A stretch of 64,000 nt of DNA from assembly GCA_963848505.1 (NCBI GenBank), contig CAWKEB010000002.1, positions 911,239 through 975,238 of the forward strand. Direction: 5' to 3'. Position numbers and translations under genes: made by a program. This DNA comes from Candidatus Krumholzibacteriia bacterium (lineage in GTDB: Bacteria; Krumholzibacteriota; Krumholzibacteriia; LZORAL124-64-63). The notes beneath the pieces are model-generated. The model was given only the letters and a program-made list of their open reading frames with translations. It did no database searches and was not told the origin of the DNA. Shown in pieces: positions 1 to 9,817 of the stretch (position 1 is its first letter; every line of letters starts with the position of its first letter).

Positions 1-1
1 G

Positions 2-955
2 GACCTGCTGGGGCAGGGCTCGGTGTTCCCGCTGGTGCAGTCGCATCCGGAAGTGGTGCTGCGCGCCCTGCGCATGAAGCGGCTGGCCAACGACATCGGC
101 GACGTGGTCTCGGGGCGGGCCGTGCACCCGATCACGCCGGTGCCGGGCGGCTTCACGCGCATCCCCACGGCGCAGGAGCTGCTGGCCTTGAAGAAGCGGC
201 TGGTCGAGGACATGGTGCCGGACTTCCTGGCCACGGTCGAGACCATGAAGGCCCTGGCCGGGGCGATCCCCGATTTCACGCGGGAGACCGAGTTCATCTC
301 CCTGCGCAGCGACGACGAGTACGCCCTGTACGACGGCGACATCTGCTCGACCGACAGCGGCCGGGTGCCCGACCGCGAGTACCGGCGCATGACCAACGAG
401 TTCGTGGTGCCCCACAGCACCAGCAAGCACTGCAAGGCGGGCCGTTCCAGCTACATGGTGGGCGCCCTGGCCCGCTGGAACAACAACCACGACCGGCTGT
501 GCGACACGGCGCTGGCGGCGGCCGGGGAGCTGGGCCTGAAGCCCAACTGCCACAACCCGTACTTCAACACCATCGCCCAGGTGGTGGAGGCCGGCCACTG
601 CGCCCTGGACGCGGTGGCGATCATCGATCGCCTGCTGGGCGACGGCCCGCACGACGAGCTGCCCAACCAGGAGCCCACGCGCTTCGGCACGGGCATCGGC
701 GCGACCGAGGTGCCGCGGGGCATCCTCTACCACGAGTACACGTACGACCGCCAGGGGCGCATAACCAAGGCCAACTGCATCATCCCCACGGGGCAGAACC
801 TGGCGAACATCGACGACGACATGAAGAAGCTGGTGCCCGAGGTGATCGGCGAGTCCAAGCAGGCCATCACCCTGAAGCTGGAGATGCTGGTGCGGGCCTA
901 CGACCCCTGCATCAGCTGTTCGGTCCATCTGCTGGACGTGGACTTCATCGAGTAG
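2..955 (+). CDS. [NiFe]-hydrogenase large subunit, C-terminal portion (5' end lies outside window)
   Basis: Frame is open from window edge (DLLGQGSVFPL...). The C-terminal Ni-binding motif DPCxxCxxH is present (DPCISCSVH), followed by a short extension typical of protease-cleaved large subunits. A maturation protease gene follows immediately. Confidence 0.85.
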   Translation, partial: DLLGQGSVFPLVQSHPEVVLRALRMKRLANDIGDVVSGRAVHPITPVPGGFTRIPTAQELLALKKRLVEDMVPDFLATVETMKALAGAIPDFTRETEFISLRSDDEYALYDGDICSTDSGRVPDREYRRMTNEFVVPHSTSKHCKAGRSSYMVGALARWNNNHDRLCDTALAAAGELGLKPNCHNPYFNTIAQVVEAGHCALDAVAIIDRLLGDGPHDELPNQEPTRFGTGIGATEVPRGILYHEYTYDRQGRITKANCIIPTGQNLANIDDDMKKLVPEVIGESKQAITLKLEMLVRAYDPCISCSVHLLDVDFIE

Positions 956-962
956 GTGCGGG

Positions 963-1415
963 ATGAAGGTGATCGCCGCCGGCAACGCTTTCTATGGTGA
1001 CGACGGGGTCGGGGCGGCCGTGCTGGACGAGATCAGGCGGAACGATATCCTCCCCGGTGTCGCCCTGATCGACATCCAGACCGACGCCCTGGCCCTGTTG
1101 GACCACTTCGTGCCCGGCGAACGGACGGTCATCATCGACGCGGCCCGCATGGGGCTGGCGCCGGGCGAGGTGGCCGTCTTCGGGCCCGACGAGGTGGCGC
1201 TGCGCATCCGCGGCGACAACCTCTCGGTGCACGGGTTCGGGCTGGCCGAGGCCTTCGCCCTGGCCCGGGGCCTGGGGCGCCTGCCCGCCGACCTGCTGAT
1301 CGTGGGCGTCGAGCCCGCGCTGATCGAGATCAATCGGGGACTGTCGACCGAGGCCCGCGCGGCCGTGCGGCGCGTCCTCGCCATCATCGAAGCGGAGGTA
1401 AGGTCCGATGGCTGA
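963..1415 (+). CDS. hydrogenase maturation endopeptidase (HycI/HoxW family)
   Basis: 150 aa starting 8 nt after the large-subunit stop with an AGGTG RBS. The N-terminus (MKVIAAGNAFYGDDGVG...) and overall pattern match hydrogenase maturation proteases. Confidence 0.75.
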   Translation: MKVIAAGNAFYGDDGVGAAVLDEIRRNDILPGVALIDIQTDALALLDHFVPGERTVIIDAARMGLAPGEVAVFGPDEVALRIRGDNLSVHGFGLAEAFALARGLGRLPADLLIVGVEPALIEINRGLSTEARAAVRRVLAIIEAEVRSDG

Positions 1416-1803
1416 AAAGACCATCCTGGTCATCGACGACGACATCGACCTGGTCGAGATCATGCGGGTCACGTTGGAGAGCCAGGGCTACCGGGTCATA
1501 GACGCCCAGAACGGCGAGCGCGGCCTGGAACTGGCGCGCGGCGCGTCGCCCGACCTGATCCTGCTGGACGTGATGATGGGCACCGTTGACGAGGGCTTCC
1601 AGGTGGCGTATCAGTTGCGCAACGAGGCCGGGACCCGCGACATCCCCATCATCATGCTGACGGCCGTGGGTGACCAGACCGGGTTCGCCTTCGATCCGGG
1701 CAAGGACCGCGAGTTCCTGCCGGTGGACGAGTTCCTGGAGAAGCCGGTCAGCCCGCGCAAGCTGGTGGACATGATCCGCAAGCACCTGCCGACCCGCATC
1801 TGA
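1408..1803 (+). CDS. stand-alone response regulator receiver domain protein (CheY-like)
   Basis: 131 aa with ILVIDDD, the LLDVMMG phospho-acceptor Asp region and a conserved Lys (EKP). RBS GGAGG. The start overlaps the protease stop. Confidence 0.8.
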   Translation: MAEKTILVIDDDIDLVEIMRVTLESQGYRVIDAQNGERGLELARGASPDLILLDVMMGTVDEGFQVAYQLRNEAGTRDIPIIMLTAVGDQTGFAFDPGKDREFLPVDEFLEKPVSPRKLVDMIRKHLPTRI

Positions 1804-1833
1804 GCGCCGGCTGCGGCCGGGGGAGGGGACGAC

Positions 1834-3213
1834 GTGCAGCTGACCGCGGCCATTCCCCTCGAGTCGTCCCAGTTCGTCTCGGCGGCCTCCCTGCGCCTGC
1901 GCCTGGACTGGTTCAACAAGCTGCGCTGGGCGGCGGCCGGGGCCACGCTGGCCGCGGTGCTGGTGGCCGGGCTGCTGGCGCGCATTCCCCTGCCGGTGTT
2001 GCCGCTGCTGGTCACCGCGGCCGTCCTGGCGCTGCTGAACCTGGGCTACGTGGCCCGCAACCTCCGCATCCCGCCGACCGATATCCGCGCCGAGATCCGC
2101 CTGGTCAAGCAGCAGATGGCCGGCGACCTGATCGTGCTGACGGTGATCCTCAACCTGACCGGCGGCGTCGAGAACCCCCTGCTCTACCTGTACGTGATCC
2201 ACGTGATCATCGCGGCCCTGCTGTTCAAGGGGCGGGAGATCTTCAGCATCGCCTGGCTGGCGATCGGCCTGTTCACCGCCGAGGTGGTGGGCGAGTACCT
2301 GGGCCTGGTGCCCCACCACCACCTGCTGGGGGCGGGCACCCTGACCCACGAGCTGCCGTTCATCCTGATCACCCTGATCTCGTTCTGGTTCGTGCTGCTG
2401 TTCAGCGCCTACCTGGGCGCGGTGATCATGCGCCACAACCGGGCCATCAAGGACGAGCTGGTGCTGCGCCAGCGCCGCCTGATCGAGGCGGACCGCGCCA
2501 AGCTGGAGTTCTACCGCTTCGTCACCCACGAGGTGAAGAGCCCCCTGGCCACGGCCCAGAGCGCGGTGGAGACGGCCCTCGAACTGGGCGGCGACACCCT
2601 TTCGCCGACCGTGGACGACCTGCTGACCCGCGCCGTGGGCCGGCTTGAGCAGGCCGGCGAGATCGTGCGCAACCTGGCCGACCTGACGCGCAGCGGCCTG
2701 CTCGCGCCGCAGAACCTGCGGCCGCTGAACGTGACGGCGCTGCTGGCGGCGGCGGCCGACGAGTTCCGTGAGTTGGCGGCCCGCGACGGCCAGACGATCA
2801 CCTTGGAGGTGTCCGGGCCGCCGGTGGTGATCACCTCCAACGAGGCGATGCTGGGCAAGGTGGTCACCAACCTGCTGAGCAACGCCGTGCGCTACAACCG
2901 CAAGGGCGGGCGGGTGCGGATCGGCCTGGAGGACCAGGGCGAGACCATCCGGCTGGAGGTCGCCGACGAGGGCATCGGCATCGATCCGGCCGAGCGCGAA
3001 CGCATCTTCGAGGAGTTCTTCCGCGCGCCGGCGGCGCAGGCCCGTTCCAGCCTGGGGACCGGGCTGGGCCTGGCCATCGTCAAGCGGTTCGTGACGGACC
3101 TGGGGGGCGCCGTGGCCGTGGAAAGCCGGCCTGGCGAGGGGTCGGTCTTCACGGTGACGCTGCCGCGCCGGCCCGCCGGCTCAGCCGTCGCGGCGGGGGG
3201 GGGGACCACGTGA
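1834..3213 (+). CDS. membrane-bound sensor histidine kinase
   Basis: The N-terminal half has multiple hydrophobic segments. H-box HEVKSPL is present. HATPase_c motifs are NAVRYN, DEGIGI and GTGLGLAIV. GTG start with a GGGAGGGGA RBS. Confidence 0.8.
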   Translation: MQLTAAIPLESSQFVSAASLRLRLDWFNKLRWAAAGATLAAVLVAGLLARIPLPVLPLLVTAAVLALLNLGYVARNLRIPPTDIRAEIRLVKQQMAGDLIVLTVILNLTGGVENPLLYLYVIHVIIAALLFKGREIFSIAWLAIGLFTAEVVGEYLGLVPHHHLLGAGTLTHELPFILITLISFWFVLLFSAYLGAVIMRHNRAIKDELVLRQRRLIEADRAKLEFYRFVTHEVKSPLATAQSAVETALELGGDTLSPTVDDLLTRAVGRLEQAGEIVRNLADLTRSGLLAPQNLRPLNVTALLAAAADEFRELAARDGQTITLEVSGPPVVITSNEAMLGKVVTNLLSNAVRYNRKGGRVRIGLEDQGETIRLEVADEGIGIDPAERERIFEEFFRAPAAQARSSLGTGLGLAIVKRFVTDLGGAVAVESRPGEGSVFTVTLPRRPAGSAVAAGGGTT

Positions 3214-3692
3214 ACGGGGAGCACATCCGCTGCGGCGGACTGATGGAGCGCCAGGACGTCTGCCTGGTGGAGGTCCTGGGCTTCGGGCGGGAGACGGGGC
3301 AGGCCCGCGGCATCCTGGCCCGGTTCGGCCAGGCGGGCGTGTCGCTCAACTACCTGAGCATCGGCCACGGGGCCGCCGGCGAGAAGAACATGTCGTTCTG
3401 CGTGGGCGCCGCCGACCAGGAGCGCTGGCGGCCGCTGCTGGAGGAGATCCGTGCCGCCTACCACCCGGACCGGGTCCAGGCCCACGAGCCGGCGACGATC
3501 CTGACCCTGTACGGGCCGCACTTCCTGGAGCGCCACTCCCTGGCCGCGGAGGTCTTCGCCGTGGTCTGCGGCGGCGGCATCGACACCCACGCGGTGTGCT
3601 CGTCGGTCAACAGCATCTCGCTGGTGATCGCGACCCCGGACCGGGATCGCACCGTGGCCTGCCTGCGGCGGAAGTTCGACTGGCCGGACTAG
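3210..3692 (+). CDS. ACT-domain-like small regulatory protein (hypothetical)
   Basis: 160 aa. GTGA overlap with the kinase stop. Tandem ACT-like beta-alpha-beta-beta-alpha-beta pattern, weak. Confidence 0.45.
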   Translation: MNGEHIRCGGLMERQDVCLVEVLGFGRETGQARGILARFGQAGVSLNYLSIGHGAAGEKNMSFCVGAADQERWRPLLEEIRAAYHPDRVQAHEPATILTLYGPHFLERHSLAAEVFAVVCGGGIDTHAVCSSVNSISLVIATPDRDRTVACLRRKFDWPD

Positions 3693-4267
3693 GCGGGGCG
3701 CGGCCGCCGCCGGCGGACCAGCATCCGCACCGCGCGCGCGATCAGCAGGACCACAAGCGCCAGCCCCAGCAGGGGCAGGGCGATGGCGATCACCGCCAGC
3801 GCGGTGGCGCCGGCCGTCTCGAAGGTGGCCAGGGCCGGGTTGCCCAGGCCGCCGGTGGTCGCGGTCGAGCCCAGGCGCAGGCCCGCCATGGCGCCGTGCA
3901 GCACCCCGGCGGTGCCCCCGCCGGCGACCAGGGCCAGGCTCCAGCGCAGCCAGGGCGCCATCTCCACCAGGGTCGACGCCATCAGGATGGTGCCGGCGGC
4001 CACGGCCGCGGGCCCGGCGATGGCGTCCAGCAGGTGGTCCAGCCAGGGGACCAGGTAGGCGGCGATCTCGAGCAGGGCCGCCACCCCCAGCACCACGACC
4101 GCCACGTCGCTGCCCAGCCAGCCGAAGCCCTCGGCCAGGGGCAGGTGGCCCAGCTTGGCTGCGAGGGCGGCCAGCAGCGCGGGCGCGAAGATGCGAAAGC
4201 CGACCGCGGCGGCCAGGCCCAGGCCCAGCGCGACCGCGGTCAGCAGTTCGAATCCCGAGAGGTCCAT
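3689..4267 (-). CDS. DUF4126-family integral membrane protein
   Basis: 192 aa, highly hydrophobic, Gly/Ala/Leu-rich with an Arg-rich C-terminal tail. The pattern resembles DUF4126. Confidence 0.5.
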   Translation of the reverse strand: MDLSGFELLTAVALGLGLAAAVGFRIFAPALLAALAAKLGHLPLAEGFGWLGSDVAVVVLGVAALLEIAAYLVPWLDHLLDAIAGPAAVAAGTILMASTLVEMAPWLRWSLALVAGGGTAGVLHGAMAGLRLGSTATTGGLGNPALATFETAGATALAVIAIALPLLGLALVVLLIARAVRMLVRRRRPRPA

Positions 4268-4268
4268 C

Positions 4269-5714
4269 CTAGTTGAGGCCGAAGCTCGCGAAGGCGCGCA
4301 TCTGCGGGTTGCGCCGGCTGACGTCGTCGTAGTCGCGGTACTTGCTCTCCTGCAGGTTCAGCACGAAATCCGCACCCAGGCCCACGTTGGCCACCACCGG
4401 CACGTCCGCGCGCACGTAGGTGCTGATCACGTGGTGGTCGGCCGCGTTGCCGCTGATGGCGTGGATCCAGATGTGGTCCATGCGGAACTTCAGCCAGGTC
4501 CACTTGTGGCGGCGCAGTTCGGCTTCCAGGCGCAGGGTAGAGCCGGGGCCGTAGTCGTAGTCGCGCCCCGAGACGTTGGCGTAGTCGGACGAGATGCCGC
4601 CCAGGATGACCGGCCCGAAGCGCAGGTCGGTGCGCACCTCGTAGCCGTTCTCCCAGGCCCAGCGCGAGAGCAGGCCCGCGGTGATGCTCTGGCCGCCGAC
4701 TTCCAGGGCGTTGGTGTTGATGTAGTCGTAGTGGTGGAAGGCACCCAGGATGTGGCTGGTCGCGTCCGTTTCCTTGAGGAAGACGCCGGCGAGGTTGCCG
4801 CTGCCCTGGACGCGGCTCAGCTTCTTCTTGTCGCCGAAGGTCATCTGGATCTCGAAATCGAAGTTGTCATAGGGCTTGCCCAGATCGCCGAAGAACGGAT
4901 CGCCGTACTCGAACTCGAAATCGAAGTAGAAGTCGGTGGTGTCCGCCTCCCAGATCTGATCCTCGCCGCGGGTGCGCATGCCCAGCTCCAGCCGCGTGGC
5001 GTAGTTCTCGGGGAAGCGGTCTTCTGGGTTCGCGTACTGGCGTTCCCAGTTGCCGTCGATCAGGCGGTTCAGTCCGCCCACCGGGTCGATGAAGAAGCCG
5101 CCGAGTTCCTTCCAGTTGCGCGACGAGCCGGTGGCCGTGTTGTCGCGGACGGTGCCGGCCAGGCGGTGCAGGATCTCGCCCATGGCGGCGCCGCCGATGC
5201 TGGTGGCGATCCAGTCGTTCATGGCGGGGTTGTGCACCTCGCCGAAGAACTCCCAGGTGTACGAACCGGCGAAGGTGAACGGCAGCGATTCCCAGTAGCT
5301 GTAGCCGTTGCTGCGCGCGGCGTTGTAGTACAGGTTGCCGTGGTACGGGTGGGCGAACTGGTTGGTGCTGAAGCTGTTGTCGTCCCAGTTGAAGCCCGAC
5401 TGGAGGTTGTGCCACCAGGAGTCGAAGCCGACGCGGAAGCCCGGATTGGTGCCGCCCTCGCGGATGTAGCGGTCGTAGGACCAGATCAGCACGTTCAGGC
5501 CGATCACCTCGACGGCGGTACGGCCGAAGTTGGGCGACTTGATCAGGCTTGTGTCGGTGAGCGCCGTCGCACCCTGGGCGGACCAGGCGATGGGGGCCGG
5601 CGACTCGGACGCTACTTCTGCTGCGACGGCCAGCGGCGCGAGCAGGGCGGCCGCGACCGCGAGACCCCAAAGGAGGGTCCGGGCGGGCCTGAGGGTGCGG
5701 GCAGGCTTTTTCAT
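4269..5714 (-). CDS. secreted DUF3943-like protein
   Basis: 481 aa with a signal peptide (MKKPARTL...LAVAAE). It contains the conserved WDDNxFxxNxFxHPYxGxxYYNAARSNGY block typical of DUF3943. Confidence 0.55.
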   Translation of the reverse strand: MKKPARTLRPARTLLWGLAVAAALLAPLAVAAEVASESPAPIAWSAQGATALTDTSLIKSPNFGRTAVEVIGLNVLIWSYDRYIREGGTNPGFRVGFDSWWHNLQSGFNWDDNSFSTNQFAHPYHGNLYYNAARSNGYSYWESLPFTFAGSYTWEFFGEVHNPAMNDWIATSIGGAAMGEILHRLAGTVRDNTATGSSRNWKELGGFFIDPVGGLNRLIDGNWERQYANPEDRFPENYATRLELGMRTRGEDQIWEADTTDFYFDFEFEYGDPFFGDLGKPYDNFDFEIQMTFGDKKKLSRVQGSGNLAGVFLKETDATSHILGAFHHYDYINTNALEVGGQSITAGLLSRWAWENGYEVRTDLRFGPVILGGISSDYANVSGRDYDYGPGSTLRLEAELRRHKWTWLKFRMDHIWIHAISGNAADHHVISTYVRADVPVVANVGLGADFVLNLQESKYRDYDDVSRRNPQMRAFASFGLN

Positions 5715-5793
5715 GGGCGGATCCTAAGCCGCTTTCCCGATTGCCGCCAGCCAATTTTGCGGCTACGATGCGCCGAAATCCAGGAGGTTTCCC

Positions 5794-6420
5794 ATGTCCG
5801 CCACGCTTCGCCCGATGACGACCCTGCTGCTGGTTGCGGCCGCCCTGTTGATGCTGGCCGGCGACGCCGCCGCGCTGAGCCCCCACGTCCGCGACGGCTG
5901 GGTCCTGGGCCTTTCGTACGGCGGGGCCCGCGGCAGCGCCACCTTCGGCGACGGCCAGGAGGGCGAGACCAGCGACGGTGTGGCGCCGCAGATCCGCTTC
6001 GGCCACATGCTGGGCAGCCACCTGGCCCTGGGCGCCTCCTACGCGGGCTGGATGTACGAAACCGGGGTCTCCCCCACCAAGGTCCGCTTCGGCATGCAGA
6101 GCATCATGCTGGCGGCGACCTGGTACCCGGGCCGCGCCGACAGCGGCCTCGGCGGCCTGTACCTGCGCGCCGGGGGCGGCCTGGGCTGGGGCGTCATCAA
6201 CACGGTCGAGGAGATCGCGGACGAGGAGCAGGGCGACGGCAAGACCGTGGTGGACTCGGGCCTGGGCCTGGAGCTCAACCTCGGCTACGAATTCCGCCTC
6301 GTGCACAACGTGGCCGCCGGCATCGGCATCGGCATCAACCACATCGACATCGGCGGCGTCTACTATGACAAAGGCACCTTCTATCCCGTGACCCTGAACC
6401 TGGGCTGGTACTGGGACTGA
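5794..6420 (+). CDS. small outer-membrane beta-barrel protein (OmpW/OmpA-barrel-like)
   Basis: 208 aa with signal peptide and AGGAGG RBS. Alternating Gly/aromatic beta-strand pattern. The C-terminus ends in aromatic residues (LGWYWD). Confidence 0.55.
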   Translation: MSATLRPMTTLLLVAAALLMLAGDAAALSPHVRDGWVLGLSYGGARGSATFGDGQEGETSDGVAPQIRFGHMLGSHLALGASYAGWMYETGVSPTKVRFGMQSIMLAATWYPGRADSGLGGLYLRAGGGLGWGVINTVEEIADEEQGDGKTVVDSGLGLELNLGYEFRLVHNVAAGIGIGINHIDIGGVYYDKGTFYPVTLNLGWYWD

Positions 6421-6556
6421 GACTGCGGATTCCCTGACCGCTGCCCGCCCTCATCCGCCACACCAGGGGCCGTCCGGCCCGAAAGCTGCATCCACCCCGG
6501 TGAGCCTTGAACACCGCGTTCCCTTACCGGGAACGATCCTCTCCGGGGAGGAAGCC

Positions 6557-7474
6557 ATGAGAACGATCACCCTCATCACGGCCCTTGCGGCCATCCTGAT
6601 TCTGCCCGCCCTGGCCTCGGCCGTCGAGTTCGTCAGCGTCTCCGGCGTTGCGGACTGCAACGGCTGGAGCAGCGAGATCCAGATCTGGTTCCGCGACGGG
6701 GCCACCCAGGTGGAGTTGGCCTACACCGTGGTCCTGACCGACTCCCGCGGCGCCGAAATGCAGCGCTTCGAGGCGGTCGAGCCCCTGGCCATCACCGTGG
6801 GACCGCCGGTCACCTTCACCCTGGGGGGCACCTTCACCGGTGCACCGGCTGACGGTTGCCTGGTGACCGCCGAGTACCACCTGCTGGACTACTTCACCGA
6901 CGGCTTCAACGACGTCGTGTCCGGCTTCACGGCCAACCCGGCCTGCGCGCCCGTGGACGACGACCCCGTGCCGGCCCTGTGCACCCACAGTGCCCGCTGG
7001 TGGCGCAACCACCGCGGCGAGTGGCCGGTCGACGAACTGACCATCGGCGGGGATGACTGGGACAGCCGGACCCTGCAGCACGTGCTGAGCCGGCCGGCCT
7101 GGGGCAACGTGCGCCTGCTGCTGGCCCGCCAGGTGATCGCCGCCCGCTTCAACGCCCTGCTCAATCCCGGGGCCGCCCCCGAGGCCGAGCTGGCCGCGGC
7201 CGAGCGCTTCCTGGACGAGAACGACGCCTTCTCCCGCCTGCGCGGCCGCGACCTGTGGCGCCGCTGGCTGCAGGAGGTGCGCAAGGTGCGCGACCTGATC
7301 GCCCCGCTGATCGCCTTCAACCTGCACGGCTGCGACGACGAGCCGGCCGGCGCATTGGACGACGGCAACGTCAGCGACCTCGAACTGGTGGACAAGGCCC
7401 TGGCGGGCGAGGAAGCGGCGCAGGTGCCCGAGGAGGACATCAGCCTCGGGGAGCTGAAGGCGCGCTTCCGCTAG
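6557..7474 (+). CDS. hypothetical secreted protein
   Basis: ATG preceded by GGGAGGAAG. Signal peptide MRTITLITALAAILILPALASA. No recognisable domain. Confidence 0.5.
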   Translation: MRTITLITALAAILILPALASAVEFVSVSGVADCNGWSSEIQIWFRDGATQVELAYTVVLTDSRGAEMQRFEAVEPLAITVGPPVTFTLGGTFTGAPADGCLVTAEYHLLDYFTDGFNDVVSGFTANPACAPVDDDPVPALCTHSARWWRNHRGEWPVDELTIGGDDWDSRTLQHVLSRPAWGNVRLLLARQVIAARFNALLNPGAAPEAELAAAERFLDENDAFSRLRGRDLWRRWLQEVRKVRDLIAPLIAFNLHGCDDEPAGALDDGNVSDLELVDKALAGEEAAQVPEEDISLGELKARFR

Positions 7475-7501
7475 TCACGCCGCTGGTATGCGCAAACAGA
7501 T

Positions 7502-7535
7502 GGGGCCGGTCCCGCGGGACCGGCCCCTTGTTCGT
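7502..7535. terminator. bidirectional stem-loop between convergent genes
   Basis: GGGGCCGGTCCC-GCG-GGACCGGCCCC is a perfect 12-bp stem flanked by T-rich stretches on both strands. Confidence 0.5.
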
Positions 7536-7552
7536 CAGGGCCCGGCACGGGC

Positions 7553-8584
7553 TCAGCAGATCCGCGGCAGCTGCTCCCCCACCGGCATGTCGACGATCCG
7601 CCGCGCCCCCAGCCCTGTCGTCATCGTCACCCGCCCCGCATGCTCATCGGTCACCCGCCCGATCACCACCGCGTCCCGCCCGTGCTCGTGGCCGCGCATG
7701 GCCGCCACCACGGCCGCGGCTGTGTCGCCCGGCACCACGGCGATCAGCTTGCCCTCGTTGGCCACGTAAAGGGGATCGATGCCCAGGATCTCGCAGGCTC
7801 CGCGCACGTCCGGGCGCACCGGCAGGGCCGCCTCCTCGAGCACGATGCCGACCCCGGCCGCACAGGCGAATTCGTTGAGGGTCGTGGCCGCGCCGCCACG
7901 GGTGGGATCGCGCAGGGCTCGCACGGCGGGGCAGACGGCCAGGATCAGCTTCACCAGGCCGTTGAGCGCCGCGGTGTCGCTGCGCACGGTCGAGCTGAAG
8001 CTCAGGCCCTCGCGCACCGTCATCACGGCCATGCCGTGGTCGGCCAGGGTGCCCGATAGGATGACCGCGTCACCGGGTCGGATGTGCTCGGCGCCCAGTT
8101 CGACGCCCGCGGCGATGACGCCCAGGCCCGAGGTGTTGATGAAGATCCGGTCGCAGGCGCCCCGGCCCACCACCTTGGTGTCGCCGGTGACGACGCGCAC
8201 GCCGGCCCGCCTGGCCGCGGCCTCCATGGAGCAGAGGATGCGGTGGAAGTCGGCCAGGGGCAGCCCCTCTTCCAGCACGAAGCCCACCGACAGGACCAGC
8301 GGCTGCGCCCCGCTCATGGCTACGTCGTTGACCGTGCCGTTGATCGCCAGCTCGCCGATGTCCCCGCCGGGAAAGAAGATGGGGCTGACCACGAAGGTGT
8401 CGGTGGAGAAGGCCACCCGGCCCGGCGGCAGGTCCAGCACCGCCTGGTCCTCGAGCTTGTCCAGCTCGGCGCTGCTGAAGCGGGGCAGGATCAGGCGGCC
8501 GATCAGGTCAGCCGAAAGGCGGCCCCCGGCGCCGTGGGCCAACTGCACCGTGTCGTGATCCAGGATGGGCATGGGGCAGGCCAT
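7553..8584 (-). CDS. hypE: hydrogenase expression/formation protein HypE (carbamoyl dehydratase)
   Basis: 344 aa from MACPMPILDHDTVQLAHGAGG, with AIR-synthase-related domains. The C-terminus ends ...PRIC, the conserved HypE terminal cysteine motif. Confidence 0.9.
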   Translation of the reverse strand: MACPMPILDHDTVQLAHGAGGRLSADLIGRLILPRFSSAELDKLEDQAVLDLPPGRVAFSTDTFVVSPIFFPGGDIGELAINGTVNDVAMSGAQPLVLSVGFVLEEGLPLADFHRILCSMEAAARRAGVRVVTGDTKVVGRGACDRIFINTSGLGVIAAGVELGAEHIRPGDAVILSGTLADHGMAVMTVREGLSFSSTVRSDTAALNGLVKLILAVCPAVRALRDPTRGGAATTLNEFACAAGVGIVLEEAALPVRPDVRGACEILGIDPLYVANEGKLIAVVPGDTAAAVVAAMRGHEHGRDAVVIGRVTDEHAGRVTMTTGLGARRIVDMPVGEQLPRIC

Positions 8585-8607
8585 GCGGCCGAAGTCGGGC
8601 CGGTCGC

Positions 8608-9702
8608 TCACAGCTCGATCCCCCGGGCGTATTTGTGGTAGGCGGCGCAGGCACCTTCGCTGGAGACCATGGTGGCGCCCAGCGGCCGCATGGGCGTGCA
8701 CTCGGTGCCGAAGGCCGGGCACTCGTGCGGCTTCTTCAGGCCCTGCAGGATCAGCCCGCTGATGCAGACGGCGGGCTCCTCGGTGGTGATGCCGCCCACG
8801 TCGAAGCGGCGCTCGGCGTCGAAGGCGGCGAACTCCGGCCGGAGGCGGAGGCCGCTGCCGGGGATCGTGCCGATGCCCCGCCACTTGCGGTCGCAGACCA
8901 TGTAGATCTCGTCCATCACCGCGCGCGCCGCCGGGTTGCCTGCCGGCGCCACCGCGCGCAGGTACTGGTTCACGACCGCCGGTTCGCCGCGCTCCAGCAG
9001 CTCGACCACCTTGAGGATGCCCTCGAGGATGTCCACCGGCTCGAAGCCCGTCGGCACGATGGGCACCCCGTACCTGGCCGCGATAGGCTCGTACTCCTGC
9101 CAGCCCATGACGGCGCAGACGTGGCCCGCGGCCAGGAAGCCCTGCACCCGGTTGTCCGGCGCCGAGAGGATGGCCTTCATCGCCGGCGGCACCAGCACGT
9201 GGCTGACGATCTCGCTGAAGTTGGTCAGGCCTTCGGCCGCGGCCTGCTTGACGGCCATGGCGTTGCCGGGGGCGGTGGTCTCGAAGCCCACGGCCAGGAA
9301 CACGACCTCGCGCTCGGGGTGCTGGCGAGCCAGGTTCAGCGCCTCCAGGGGCGAGGCCACCATGCGCACGTCACCGCCCCGGCTGCGCACCCGGAACAGG
9401 TCGTCGTGCGAGCCGGGCACCCGCAGCATGTCGCCGAAGGAGGTGAAGATCACCTCGGGCCGCGCCGCGACGGCCAGGGCCCGGTCGATGGTCTCCAGCG
9501 GCGTGACGCAGACCGGGCAGCCGGGGCCGTGGACCAGGGTCAGCTGCGGCGTCAGCAGCTGATCGATGCCGTGGCGCATGATCGAATGGGTCTGCCCGCC
9601 GCAGATCTCCATGATGGTCCAGGGCCCCGTCACGGTGGCGGCGATGCGCGCCAGCAGCGCCTTGGCCAGCTGGGGATCGCGGTATTCCTCGAGGTGCTTC
9701 AC
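8608..9702 (-). CDS. hypD: hydrogenase maturation factor HypD
   Basis: GTG start ([17 protein letters not shown]) matches the HypD N-terminus. Conserved CGxH, GPGCPVC and FETTAP motifs are present. Confidence 0.9.
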   Translation of the reverse strand: MKHLEEYRDPQLAKALLARIAATVTGPWTIMEICGGQTHSIMRHGIDQLLTPQLTLVHGPGCPVCVTPLETIDRALAVAARPEVIFTSFGDMLRVPGSHDDLFRVRSRGGDVRMVASPLEALNLARQHPEREVVFLAVGFETTAPGNAMAVKQAAAEGLTNFSEIVSHVLVPPAMKAILSAPDNRVQGFLAAGHVCAVMGWQEYEPIAARYGVPIVPTGFEPVDILEGILKVVELLERGEPAVVNQYLRAVAPAGNPAARAVMDEIYMVCDRKWRGIGTIPGSGLRLRPEFAAFDAERRFDVGGITTEEPAVCISGLILQGLKKPHECPAFGTECTPMRPLGATMVSSEGACAAYHKYARGIEL

Positions 9703-9817
9703 GGGCGGGTTCCTTTCGGGCGACGTCCTCGCCCGGGGCAATGATGGCGCGGCGGTTGCCCCATGTCTACTCCCTGGGCTACAATGATAAGGCGCAATCA
9801 ATTCATGGGGGGACATC

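Noticed and set aside
4155-6368. 737-aa ORF (and the overlapping 491-aa ORF at 4867..6342) rich in Arg/Gly/Ala/Pro
   Set aside because: It is antisense or out of frame to the well-supported DUF3943 and barrel genes. The low-complexity composition is typical of GC-rich wrong-frame translation.
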